Part shown: one piece after another, positions 20,443 through 29,900 of the stretch
Numbering within the stretch: the stretch's first letter is position 1
Layout: every line of letters starts with the position of its first letter
NCBI GenBank assembly: GCA_019056805.1
Contig: DXJG01000002.1
Location: forward strand, 154,178-218,177
DNA length: 64,000 nucleotides
Direction of reading: 5' to 3'
DNA from: Candidatus Baldrarchaeota archaeon
Lineage (GTDB): Archaea; Asgardarchaeota; Baldrarchaeia; Baldrarchaeales; DXJG01
Translations under genes and position numbers: made by a program
Notes under the pieces: model-generated
Told to the model about the DNA's origin: nothing
Databases searched by the model: none
What the model saw: only the letters and a program-made list of their open reading frames with translations

Positions 20443-22899
20443 TTGCACTTGAATTTAAGGACTGTGGGGGTGGTATTGGTGGCCACGGCTACCGACGAAG
20501 GAAAAGTTGAAATTAAAACGTGTTCTGAAAAATTTTTAAACGGTCTTGAGAAAATATCTGAACTTGCTATTAAAACTGCGATACAAAATAACCATAGAAG
20601 AATGTTTGTTTTTTGTGGAAGCGACATAAGAAGAATTGATGCCGCTTATAAGGTTTTTTCAAAATTTATTGAAATTAAAGGCAACATGCAAGTAAGAGTA
20701 CTTTACGTTGCAGTGGAGGTTTCTTCTGGAAAAGATAAAGAATTATATACGGAGTTTAAATCAAGAATAGAGAAGAATTTCAAGGACGTTGAAATTAATG
20801 GAATCAGTTTTAAAGATACAGATAACGTTATGGGTCAAACTTTTGACGTGTTAGTTTTAGATTTAAATAGAGACCTAAACCCCAACGATCTTGGTCGATT
20901 AATTGAAACCGTTAGCGGTGGAGGCATTATAATAGCAATAACTCCTCCAATGGATAAATGGTTAGTTTTGAAAACACGATTTCACAAGAAACTTATAACC
21001 CCCCCTTGGACGATTGACGATATTCCCGGTAGGTTTAACAAGAGATTCATAAGGAAACTAAAGGAGCATAAGGGAATTTACATTTTCGACGTAGACGAAG
21101 AAATTGCTTTAAAAGTTATTAAGGAAGAAGTTTCTGATAAAGGTAGGATAACCATAAGTATTCCTGAAGAACATCTGCTACCAAGAGAAGTTTATGAATT
21201 AGCTTTAACCCAAGGACAAGTTAGAGCTTTAAAAGTAATGGAAAGGTTCTTAGTAAGAAAGGAGAAAAAACCAGCTATTGTCATGATCGCCGATAGGGGT
21301 CGAGGAAAGAGCGCTGTCGTTGGGATAGCTATAGCCGCGATAGCACATGAGTTAAAGAAAATTTTTTCCTCAGGTAAAGTTTCTGTTCTTGTAACTTCTC
21401 CACAAATAGGAAATGTCAGGACACTTTTCGAGTTTGCCGTCAGGACGCTTAAAAGATTAGGTTATTCACCACAAGTAAAGAAGCGAGACTACGATATTGA
21501 GGAAGTAAGGGCTTCAGGTATCAAAATTTTTTATGAACCTCCATGGGAGGCAATTGAACGAAAAGCTGACATCACTGCCGTAGATGAAGCTGCTGGCATA
21601 CCAATTCCCTTACTTTTCCGATTCTTAAAAAGAGCTAAAAGAATTATTTATTCTTCCACTATTCATGGATATGAAGGAGCTGGCAGAGGTTTCTCTATAA
21701 GATTTCTGGGCGGATTAAGAGAAATTAAAAATATAGAGGTTAACATGGTTGAATTAGAAGAACCCATCCGATATAGTGACGGAGATCCCATTGAACAATG
21801 GCTCTATGATGCTCTTCTTCTTGACGCAGAACCAGCTCAACTTTCAGTAAGAGATATTAAACAAATCAAAAATATGCAAGTCGTATTTAAGAAAGCCGAT
21901 TTAGACAAGTGGTTTATTAACGGTAATGAGAAAAAACTGAGACAATTTATTGGCATTTATGTATATGCCCACTATAGAAACCAACCAAAAGATGTAGCTC
22001 TTTTAGCAGATGCACCTCATCATGAAGCCTTCATGCTTGAGACTAAAAACGGGAAAATTGTTAACGCTATCCAAGTAGCCTTGGAAGGAGGATTACCTGA
22101 CGAAGTCATAAAGGAGATTTATAGCGGATTTGAACCAGATGGAAACATAATACCAACAATTGTGGAGAAACATTTCCGAGATACTGAATTTCCAAAACTC
22201 AAAGGATATAGAATTGTTAGAATCGCAACACATCCGCAAGTTATGAGCATGGGACTAGGAAGTGAAGGGTTGTCAAAACTTTGCCAAGAAGCCGAAAAGA
22301 GAGGACTAGATTGGGTTGGAGCTGGTTTCGGCGCAACACCAGAACTCCTCCGCTTCTGGATAAAAAATGGTTTTATTCCAGTGCATGTTAGCCCAAGGAG
22401 AAATCCCATTAGCGGAGAATATTCTACAATAGTAATAAAACCTCTTTCTAAGAAAGCAAAAGAAATTACTAAGTTTATCTTTAAAGAATTTAAAATGAAG
22501 TTTGTTGAGTGGTTAAGAGACATACATTACGACATGGAACCTGAAATAGCCATGTACATCCTTAATTCAAAATTAGAAGATATATCAGAAAGACTTTACG
22601 AGTTAAAGCTAACAGAAAGTCAACAAAAGCGACTCGAAGCATACGTTAAAGGAGTATTATACTATGAAGTTGTCTGTGATGTAATTCGTGAATTGGTAAA
22701 AATGTACTTTTTAGATCATACTTCAGAGAGAACAAAACTTTCTGAGGGAAAAACATTGTTGCTTATCCTAAAGAGTTTACAAGCAAGAAGCTGGAAACAA
22801 ACTCTGGATGTTATTAATTTAGAGCCTGCAGCAGCATATACAATGTTTAGAGCGGCAATAAAGAAACTATACAAAGCTTACATCGGGAAAATAGACTAA
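20443..22899 (+). CDS. tmcA: tRNA(Met) cytidine acetyltransferase TmcA (Kre33/NAT10 homolog): helicase-like ATPase plus GNAT
   Basis: Walker A motif DRGRGKSA, the DEAA segment, and a C-terminal GNAT and tRNA-binding region. 818 aa. The exact start is uncertain. Confidence 0.8.
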   Translation: MHLNLRTVGVVLVATATDEGKVEIKTCSEKFLNGLEKISELAIKTAIQNNHRRMFVFCGSDIRRIDAAYKVFSKFIEIKGNMQVRVLYVAVEVSSGKDKELYTEFKSRIEKNFKDVEINGISFKDTDNVMGQTFDVLVLDLNRDLNPNDLGRLIETVSGGGIIIAITPPMDKWLVLKTRFHKKLITPPWTIDDIPGRFNKRFIRKLKEHKGIYIFDVDEEIALKVIKEEVSDKGRITISIPEEHLLPREVYELALTQGQVRALKVMERFLVRKEKKPAIVMIADRGRGKSAVVGIAIAAIAHELKKIFSSGKVSVLVTSPQIGNVRTLFEFAVRTLKRLGYSPQVKKRDYDIEEVRASGIKIFYEPPWEAIERKADITAVDEAAGIPIPLLFRFLKRAKRIIYSSTIHGYEGAGRGFSIRFLGGLREIKNIEVNMVELEEPIRYSDGDPIEQWLYDALLLDAEPAQLSVRDIKQIKNMQVVFKKADLDKWFINGNEKKLRQFIGIYVYAHYRNQPKDVALLADAPHHEAFMLETKNGKIVNAIQVALEGGLPDEVIKEIYSGFEPDGNIIPTIVEKHFRDTEFPKLKGYRIVRIATHPQVMSMGLGSEGLSKLCQEAEKRGLDWVGAGFGATPELLRFWIKNGFIPVHVSPRRNPISGEYSTIVIKPLSKKAKEITKFIFKEFKMKFVEWLRDIHYDMEPEIAMYILNSKLEDISERLYELKLTESQQKRLEAYVKGVLYYEVVCDVIRELVKMYFLDHTSERTKLSEGKTLLLILKSLQARSWKQTLDVINLEPAAAYTMFRAAIKKLYKAYIGKID

Positions 22900-22904
22900 T
22901 CAAG

Positions 22905-23531
22905 GTGATATCGTTGCCTAAAAAATTTAGAAAACATATATTTTTCGACGGAAAATATGCCGATAAAATTCTAAAAGGTGAGAAAACATCAACAATTAGG
23001 GTGGGAAAATATTCGATAAAAAAGGGACGAAGTTTTTATGTCCACGCTCGAGGACACGTACTCGGTAAAGCAGTTGTAACAGATGTTCAAATAAAAAAAT
23101 TAAATGAACTTACTGATAAAGATGCAAAAAGAGACGGTTTTAAAAACAAAAAAGAACTTTTAAAAGCTTTAAAAAAACATTACGGAAAACTCGATAAGGA
23201 TACCCCTGTAACAATCATAGAGTTCAAAATACAAGATAAATTTAAGGAAGAAGTAACTTCCTCTGATTTTGCATATGGTGGGTATAAAGCGACAGAGATA
23301 GCAAAACTTGCACTTACTCATAATGTTAACTTGTCCGAAAAAGAAAGAGAAATACTCAAAACACTTCTAAATACTGGTAGTATTAGAAAAACCGCGAGAC
23401 AAATTGGTAATTTAAACAAACGATTTATGATCAGAAAAATCTTAAAGAAAGTCTTCAGCAACCTAGTTAAAGAGGGAATTATATCACCAAAAATTAAAAG
23501 CTACTACGAAGAAAATAATAAAGAAACTTAA
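22905..23531 (+). CDS. ASCH (PUA-like) domain protein with C-terminal helical/HTH-like extension
   Basis: N-terminal ASCH signature (FFDGKYADKILKGEKTSTIR...). Only 5 nt downstream of tmcA. Confidence 0.65.
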   Translation: MISLPKKFRKHIFFDGKYADKILKGEKTSTIRVGKYSIKKGRSFYVHARGHVLGKAVVTDVQIKKLNELTDKDAKRDGFKNKKELLKALKKHYGKLDKDTPVTIIEFKIQDKFKEEVTSSDFAYGGYKATEIAKLALTHNVNLSEKEREILKTLLNTGSIRKTARQIGNLNKRFMIRKILKKVFSNLVKEGIISPKIKSYYEENNKET

Positions 23532-23556
23532 ATAAAAACCTATTAGAGGGGTAGGA

Positions 23557-24459
23557 ATGTCCATAAGAGAACCAGCAGCCATAGGTTTTTATCCCTTAGA
23601 CCCTCAAGAAACGTTAAAAGTGATAGAAGAATCTTATTTAAGCAAACACGGCCCTGGATCCTTACCAAAGGTTAACAAAAACGGAGAAAGAAGAATAGTT
23701 GCAGGGATAGTTCCTCATGCAGGATACCTCTATTCAGGACCTGTAGCAGCGCATTTTTACTATGAACTTGCAAAAGACGGCGAACCCGAAGTTTTTATCC
23801 TCCTCGGTCCAAGTCACACTGGTTACCCAGGCGTTGGAATAATGACAGAAGGCATCTGGAAAACTTCTTTAGGAGAAATATCAATAGATGAAACTCTCTC
23901 GAATACTATTTTAAATAATTGTGACCTAATACTTGATGCCCCCGAGGCACATGAAGGCGAACATAGCTTAGAAGTTCAACTTCCATTTCTTCAACACCTC
24001 TATGACGCAAAATTCAAGATCGTACCTATAGCAATAGGCATGACAGACTTTGAATCTTGCCAAGATGTAGGAATAGCAATAGCAAAAGCTATAAAAACGA
24101 GTAATAAGGATGCTGTAATAATAGCCAGCACAGACATGACACACTACGGCACCTACTATGGATACACACCAGCTGGTGTTGAACCATTAACCAAAGTTTT
24201 AGAATGGATATACCAGACGGACAAACAAGTTATTGAGAGAATTAAAAGATTAGATGGAGCAGGAGTAATAGAATATGTTTTTGACCAAGGCTTAACAATG
24301 TGTGGTTTTGCTCCAGTAGCGACAATGATAGAAGCCATTAGAAACCTCGGAAAAATTGAACCAAAAGTATTAAAATATGAAACAAGCTTTGGTATTCGAG
24401 GAGGAGATGCTACAGCAATAGTGGGATATTTAGCGATGGCTTTTTATAGGGCAGTTTGA
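23557..24459 (+). CDS. Memo1-like (AmmeMemoRadiSam system protein B family) protein
   Basis: PHAGYLYSG motif and a conserved His/Asp pattern of the MEMO family. Confidence 0.7.
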   Translation: MSIREPAAIGFYPLDPQETLKVIEESYLSKHGPGSLPKVNKNGERRIVAGIVPHAGYLYSGPVAAHFYYELAKDGEPEVFILLGPSHTGYPGVGIMTEGIWKTSLGEISIDETLSNTILNNCDLILDAPEAHEGEHSLEVQLPFLQHLYDAKFKIVPIAIGMTDFESCQDVGIAIAKAIKTSNKDAVIIASTDMTHYGTYYGYTPAGVEPLTKVLEWIYQTDKQVIERIKRLDGAGVIEYVFDQGLTMCGFAPVATMIEAIRNLGKIEPKVLKYETSFGIRGGDATAIVGYLAMAFYRAV

Positions 24460-24534
24460 AATCAATAACGCGTAATTTAAACCATTAATTACTTAGAAGT
24501 TTAATTTCCAAAATAACTGTTAGCTGACCTAACG

Positions 24535-24984
24535 GTGAATGAGGTGATGTTATTGACTGAAAAGTTCATTCCAATTGTTAAATCGCCATCTTGGAAACAC
24601 GGCACAAGAAAAGGGAAAGGATTTAGCATCGGTGAGATTAAAGCAGCCGAGATAGATATTAGTATGGCAGTTAAACTCGGTATACCCATTGATAAAAGAA
24701 GAAAAACCGTACATGAAGAAAATGTTGAAACCTTAAAAAACTACTACCGCGAATTTGCAAAAGAACTAGGGACGACTTCACTTCCTAAAGTTGACAAAAA
24801 AATAATAGAAGAGTTAACTAAAGTTCCTGGTATAAACATTCATGTTGCACGAATACTTGCCAAAAAAGCTTCAATATCTTCCATAGAAGACCTTATAAAC
24901 AGTGATATCAATGAATTATCAAAGAAAACAGGTTATTCGAAAAACAGAATCAAAAAATGGATTTCAGCTGCAAAAGGGGAATAA
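24535..24984 (+). CDS. Ribosomal protein L13e-like protein with C-terminal HhH-like tail
   Basis: The segment GKGFSIGEIKAAEI resembles the conserved L13e motif (G-FSLGELKAAGI). Confidence 0.5.
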   Translation: MNEVMLLTEKFIPIVKSPSWKHGTRKGKGFSIGEIKAAEIDISMAVKLGIPIDKRRKTVHEENVETLKNYYREFAKELGTTSLPKVDKKIIEELTKVPGINIHVARILAKKASISSIEDLINSDINELSKKTGYSKNRIKKWISAAKGE

Positions 24985-24997
24985 TAATTAAAATAAT

Positions 24998-25150
24998 GTG
25001 GCACACCTTTTAGCTTCTTTTCATCTCATATTTTCAAAGAAGCCTTCCAGGTGTGCCTCATCGGTGTCCCCCGCTGCGGAGACACGGTATCATCGTATCC
25101 GCCGAAGGAAACTCAACCGGCACTGTGACTGCGGGTTTTGTCCTCTGCTA
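24998..25150. ncRNA. GC-rich structured intergenic island (candidate ncRNA, family unknown)
   Basis: About 55-60% GC within a genome of about 33% GC. Nested hairpins GGCACACC..GGUGUGCC (25000..25057), an inner GCUUCUUU..AAAGAAGC, and GUGUC..GACAC. The region is non-coding. Confidence 0.35.
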
Positions 25151-25294
25151 AATATTTACATTTATATAGCTTTAAATAAGCTTTACTAAAACTGGAAAAC
25201 TATATCATTAGAATTTATCTCTAAAAGTTAGATGTGAGACACAATATAATTTATAATAAAATGCTAGATATCTCAAGCATGAAGATTATGATGC

Positions 25295-25771
25295 TTGCAT
25301 ATACCTTTAAGGGGGCTTTTTATGAGTTATATCAAGTCGGTGGTTATTGGGACAATTAGTATTTCAATAATATCCTTGTTTGCCATTTTAATGGAAATAC
25401 TCCCACCTTACGTACTGTATCATTTCCAAAACGAGTCAACAGGTAATTTTCTTCTTAGTTTGTTTAACTTTGTACTTTTTTATCAAGATGAAGGTGTTTT
25501 TCCATGGATACTATGGTATGTTGGTGGAGTAATAACTGGTTTAGTTGCACGAGGAGCAGTTAAAGGAACATTATCGGCATTTTCGGTGCCTATTATCTTG
25601 GTATTTCTCTACTGGATATTACTTATATTCCCGTTTATTAGTACTCCCACCTCCATCGATATATGGGAAATAGTGGATGAACTTTATTATCTTACGAATA
25701 TTGCAGTAAAATTTGCATTAATATCTGCGATCGGAGGCGTTCTAGGAGGGGCAGCAACGAGGCAAAGGTAG
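25295..25771 (+). CDS. Hypothetical integral membrane protein
   Basis: Multiple hydrophobic helices. Confidence 0.5.
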   Translation: MHIPLRGLFMSYIKSVVIGTISISIISLFAILMEILPPYVLYHFQNESTGNFLLSLFNFVLFYQDEGVFPWILWYVGGVITGLVARGAVKGTLSAFSVPIILVFLYWILLIFPFISTPTSIDIWEIVDELYYLTNIAVKFALISAIGGVLGGAATRQR

Positions 25772-25779
25772 GTGCTTTA

Positions 25780-26328
25780 ATGTCAATTAAAAGTTTTGTT
25801 TCAAAAATTCTTAACCTGACAATTCCAGCGTTCATAACTTATCTATGGTCAATTGACAAATACTCTAATGTGAATTATGACTCCTTACCGTTGTTTATTT
25901 TCTCAATACTTGAAGACCTTGGTACCCATTCGTGGAAAATTTTACTAGCATGGTTTTTGACGGGAATTTTAATTGGAATATTATCGAGAGATCCGCAAAA
26001 CTTTGTTTCTTCGATTTTAACCACCATTTTCACTTATCTATTTTTGGAGTTATACATACTTGTTCATTATAACATTGCATCTTGGAATACTCTGCCTCTT
26101 ATTCAAAGGATTTTTGATGTGTTTCTTATGAGTTTTAACCTATTGATAAATGGCGCAATCGCTGCAATTCCAATTATTATAATATATCTATCTAAAGGAA
26201 GAAATAGTGTGAAAATTATACGACAGGAGTTTAAACCTATAAATTGTCCGTCCTGCGGGAAAATTTATTATTCAAATCCTAAATACTGTGCTTTTTGTGG
26301 AGCACAAATAAATAAAGACGACGATTAA
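25780..26328 (+). CDS. Hypothetical integral membrane protein with C-terminal zinc ribbon
   Basis: Hydrophobic helices followed by CPSCGKIYYSNPKYCAFCG. Confidence 0.5.
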   Translation: MSIKSFVSKILNLTIPAFITYLWSIDKYSNVNYDSLPLFIFSILEDLGTHSWKILLAWFLTGILIGILSRDPQNFVSSILTTIFTYLFLELYILVHYNIASWNTLPLIQRIFDVFLMSFNLLINGAIAAIPIIIIYLSKGRNSVKIIRQEFKPINCPSCGKIYYSNPKYCAFCGAQINKDDD

Positions 26329-26452
26329 ATTAATATCACAAGATATTTTACTTATGTCAAAATTACATACCTCTTTTTTATCCTATGTTTCATTAAGAAC
26401 ATTACAATATTCAAACGAAACATTTAAATACTTCGCAATGTAGAGTTGTATT

Positions 26453-26548
26453 GGCCGAGCCAGTCCTGCAATTGTAGAATGTATTATTTGTCGAATTTTT
26501 CGTCCTCGCCCTCCTCCCCTCTCCCCCCAGGACTGGCAATGAGGCCGG
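26453..26548. ncRNA. GC-rich structured element (candidate ncRNA with K-turn-like base and CU-rich tract)
   Basis: Inverted repeat GGCCGAGCCAGUCCUG ... CAGGACUGGCAAUGAGGCC with tandem GA/AG next to a GGCC stem. The loop contains the CU-rich tract CUCGCCCUCCUCCCCUCUCCCCCC. It lies between convergent gene ends. Confidence 0.3.
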
Positions 26549-26578
26549 TACCCAATATTTTGATATTTTAACAGAACT

Positions 26579-28345
26579 TTAGTCATGAGTATAATAACAT
26601 AAAATTTCTTCTTTGGTTATTTCATCTATTCTTACAAAACCGAATCTCTCAAACTGAACAATCTGATCAACTTTCAAATCTTTACAGTTTGGTTCTCCTA
26701 ATCCCGTAGTTTCGTTTCCATCAGGCATGATCACCCTTATATTCACGTAATTCTGGCTAGGAACCCAATGAATAATTGGAGCCCTTATTTTTCTAGCTTC
26801 TTTGACACTCCAACTAAGAAACTTTCCTTCAATTATGTCTTTTTTAATCGATATAACTTCAAAATTAAACAAATCTTTTAATCTTATAATCTTCTTACTT
26901 TTTAAGAGGTCAAGATCTCTTGAACTTACGAATAGATCAACAATTTCATTTTTCACGGTGAGAGGTATATTTCTAAACCCTAATTCCGGCTTTTCTGGGT
27001 GAAGTGGAGATTTTGCTACGACGTTTTGTTCGGGAATATTAATAATTCTTAATTTTATTGGATTGTCTACAAAAAAGTATCTGAGAGCTACAGGGTCGAT
27101 TAATCTACGGTTATACGCGTAAAGATTTGAAGGACTGTATTCAATATCTACTATACTTAATCCTAAATTTAAAATAGCCTGTCTAAGAGCTTCAGGTCTT
27201 ATTCCTCTCTTTGCTAAAGATTGTAGACTCCAGGTTCTAGGATCATCCCAACCCCTAAAAATACCATTTTCTATCAGTTTTCTGGCCTTCCGTTTACTTA
27301 ATGTTATTCCCTTAAACAAGATCTTTCCATAGTGGATAAACTCCCTTTTAGGCCAGTTAAAAAGTCTCCATATAAATTCTTCCATCATATCTTCTTTTAT
27401 CAAATCTTTTCCGCGAAGGATATGAGTAACACCTAGGAGATAATCATCGATTCCCCAAGAAAACTCTAATAAAGGCCATACTCTATATCGTGTACCAACT
27501 CTGGGATGTTCTCTCTCAGATATTCGCATAATTACATGATCTCGCATGGCAGGATCTGGATGATCCATTCCCGTTTTTAATCGAACAACCGCTTCTCCTT
27601 GCGCGTATTCTCCACTTAACATTCTTTCCCAGTGTTCTAAGTTTTCTTCAATAGTTTGACTTCTATGCGGACATGGTTTTCCCAGTATCTTATATTTTGT
27701 TCTCCACTCTTCTGCATTACATAAACAAACATACGCATGTCCCTGTTCTAAAAGTTGTTTACAATATTTATAGAAGATTTCCAAGCGATCAGACTTGTAA
27801 ATGGTTTTATGCCATTTAACACCTAACCACTCTAGTCCCTCCTTAATAAGGTCATATGCTTCCGGGATAATTTTATGCTCTTTTGCCCCTATAGTGTCGT
27901 CATAAACTAGAAGAAGTTCTCCATTGTAACGTTTAACGTATTCATCGTTAAGAATGGCCATTCTTGCATTACCTATGTGTAGCGGTCCAGATGGAAAAGG
28001 AGCCATCCTCATAACGACTTTTCCCCATTTTTCAACATTGGGTAGTGGCGGTAATTCCTTTTTTTCCTCTTTTTTCTTTTCTTCAAGTAATTCTGGAGCG
28101 ATTGATTCTAATTTTTTAATTTGCTCTTCTAATGTAAGCAAATTTACACTTCTTACTACTTCTTTGACGATGCCCACGATTTCACGGGCTTTCGGTCTTA
28201 AATGAGGATGTTCTCCCATAACTTTACTTATAACAGCTTTTTCATCTGCTTTTCCATTATGTTTTACAGCGTTTGCTAATGCATACCTAATTGCTAAGGA
28301 TTTTATTTCATCACTAGAATTTATTTTCAACTTTGTTCCTCCCAA
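26579..28345 (-). CDS. gltX: Glutamyl-tRNA synthetase (archaeal/eukaryotic type) with N-terminal extension
   Basis: Class I HIGH motif (PSGPLHIGNAR) and an anticodon-binding beta-barrel C-terminal region. 588 aa. Confidence 0.8.
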   Translation of the reverse strand: MGGTKLKINSSDEIKSLAIRYALANAVKHNGKADEKAVISKVMGEHPHLRPKAREIVGIVKEVVRSVNLLTLEEQIKKLESIAPELLEEKKKEEKKELPPLPNVEKWGKVVMRMAPFPSGPLHIGNARMAILNDEYVKRYNGELLLVYDDTIGAKEHKIIPEAYDLIKEGLEWLGVKWHKTIYKSDRLEIFYKYCKQLLEQGHAYVCLCNAEEWRTKYKILGKPCPHRSQTIEENLEHWERMLSGEYAQGEAVVRLKTGMDHPDPAMRDHVIMRISEREHPRVGTRYRVWPLLEFSWGIDDYLLGVTHILRGKDLIKEDMMEEFIWRLFNWPKREFIHYGKILFKGITLSKRKARKLIENGIFRGWDDPRTWSLQSLAKRGIRPEALRQAILNLGLSIVDIEYSPSNLYAYNRRLIDPVALRYFFVDNPIKLRIINIPEQNVVAKSPLHPEKPELGFRNIPLTVKNEIVDLFVSSRDLDLLKSKKIIRLKDLFNFEVISIKKDIIEGKFLSWSVKEARKIRAPIIHWVPSQNYVNIRVIMPDGNETTGLGEPNCKDLKVDQIVQFERFGFVRIDEITKEEILCYYTHD

Positions 28346-28495
28346 GTATCAACATTTTTAACAAATGTATGAGTCGTGAATCAAGTTTCTTTCTTAGACT
28401 ATGTAAGTTATTTAAAAGTTTTTTAATCTAATGGCATTTAAAGACGTATAATTGTAACAAAAACTTAATGGCTACTAGTGTATAGTGACGGAGGT

Positions 28496-29242
28496 CTATT
28501 TTTGTGTTTTTAGAAATTTTTCAAAGCGTTTTGCATCTTCACCCATGTATATATTGTTAAATAATATGTAAATATTCTTTACGGGTAAAAGTGTTATTTT
28601 AGAAGCTAAATATTTGAAATCTTCCAAAGAATATTTATATTTATACATTTTTTTGCCAGGAGGGGAACCATGAAGCCTAAAATATGCAGTGTCTTCAATA
28701 AAATGTTGGGGGTCCTGCGCAAAGGGGTCAACTACATGTATCAAGCTTAGTTTTTCACAAATTTTTTTAATTAAATCAGGAGTCCAGCTTTTTCCTCTAG
28801 GTTCCCAACCAATAACTATATTATCCCTTTCAATGGAAGTGAAGAATTCAGTCATATTTTTTAAGTTTTCTTCTTCCGGTTTAAATTTCGCTGGAGTTTG
28901 CATTATGCATATTTTGCTTTTTAGAGTTTTACATATTTTCTTTGTGGTTTCCCATGCTTCAAACACTTCATCGGTAGGTTTAAAAAAACCGTATCTTTCT
29001 CTTTTTTGTTCCGATATATCTAATCCAGCTTTTTTATATGTTGGTGAGGTTGCGGGATGAGTTATTAATTGCCATGCCTTCACTACAAATTCAAAGTCCT
29101 CGGGAGCATTTTTTCGCCATTTTTCAAGTGTATCAAGTTTTGGAGGCTTATAAAATGTTTTTTGAACCTCAACAAGTTTAAATTCTTCAAAATATTTTTT
29201 CATACCACCTGGAAAACCACAACAACCAATTTTAATATTCAA
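28496..29242 (-). CDS. DUF72 family protein
   Basis: DUF72-like conserved segments (YGFF.., RLHG). Apparently co-transcribed downstream of the small GTPase gene. Confidence 0.6.
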   Translation of the reverse strand: MNIKIGCCGFPGGMKKYFEEFKLVEVQKTFYKPPKLDTLEKWRKNAPEDFEFVVKAWQLITHPATSPTYKKAGLDISEQKRERYGFFKPTDEVFEAWETTKKICKTLKSKICIMQTPAKFKPEEENLKNMTEFFTSIERDNIVIGWEPRGKSWTPDLIKKICEKLSLIHVVDPFAQDPQHFIEDTAYFRLHGSPPGKKMYKYKYSLEDFKYLASKITLLPVKNIYILFNNIYMGEDAKRFEKFLKTQK

Positions 29243-29244
29243 TG

Positions 29245-29772
29245 CTAATAGCCTCCAAAACTAGTTTCATATATAAACTTTGCAAGTTTGAAGAAAACAT
29301 CATTAACATTCTCACCTGTTTTTGCACTGGTTCTGTGACAAGGTATCTTAAGCTGCTCTGCAAGCCTCTTTTCTTCAGCTACACTAACCTTACTTTTGTT
29401 TGCTAAGTCTATCTTATTTCCTACCAAAAGTAAAGGAATTTTTCCACAATACTTTTGAATTTCATTAAACCAGCTTTTTAAATTTTTAAAGCTGTCCTTG
29501 TTTGTTACATCATAAACTAAGAGTCCACCAGCAGCCCCCTTATAATAAAGAGGTCTTAATTTTCTAAAACGTTCTTGACCTCCTGTATCCCATATTTGCA
29601 ATTTCACAGGTTTTCCTATGCCTAGATCTACATGTTTTGTTGCTAAATCCACCCCTATAGTCATCTTATAATTTTCAATGAAATATCCATGAGCAAAACG
29701 AACTGTTAAGCTGGTTTTTCCAACACCAGCATCTCCAACAACAATAACCTTAAACAAATAAACTCCAGCCAT
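29245..29772 (-). CDS. Rab/Ras-like small GTPase
   Basis: G1 GDAGVGKT, switch I TIGVD, G3 WDTGGQERF, G4 GNKIDL and G5 SAK. 175 aa. Confidence 0.85.
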   Translation of the reverse strand: MAGVYLFKVIVVGDAGVGKTSLTVRFAHGYFIENYKMTIGVDLATKHVDLGIGKPVKLQIWDTGGQERFRKLRPLYYKGAAGGLLVYDVTNKDSFKNLKSWFNEIQKYCGKIPLLLVGNKIDLANKSKVSVAEEKRLAEQLKIPCHRTSAKTGENVNDVFFKLAKFIYETSFGGY

Positions 29773-29900
29773 TATGTAAACCTCTAATTTCCTAAAAATA
29801 TTTCAACAGAACAATATAAAATTGTTTTTGATAAGTAAAGATTTTCACAAAATTTTTTATAATAACTTCATGAAAATATTAATGGTTAATATCTTTACGT

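Noticed and set aside
24998-25150. tRNA, SRP RNA or RNase P RNA identity for the GC-rich island
   Set aside because: No T-loop or acceptor pairing was found. The helix-8-like GAAGGAA segment lacks the flanking AGCAGCC/GNRA context. There are no P4 RNase P motifs. It is kept only as an unassigned structured RNA.
25295-26328. Possibility that the two adjacent membrane-protein ORFs are one gene split by an intron like pyrG
   Set aside because: Only 8 nt separate them, with a stop, a plausible SD and a new ATG. There is no GC-rich hairpin and no BHB fold.
26383-26586. 67-aa minus-strand ORF overlapping the GC-rich island 26453..26548
   Set aside because: Its G/R-rich composition comes from translating the GC-rich hairpin. 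An RNA element is the more likely explanation than a CDS.
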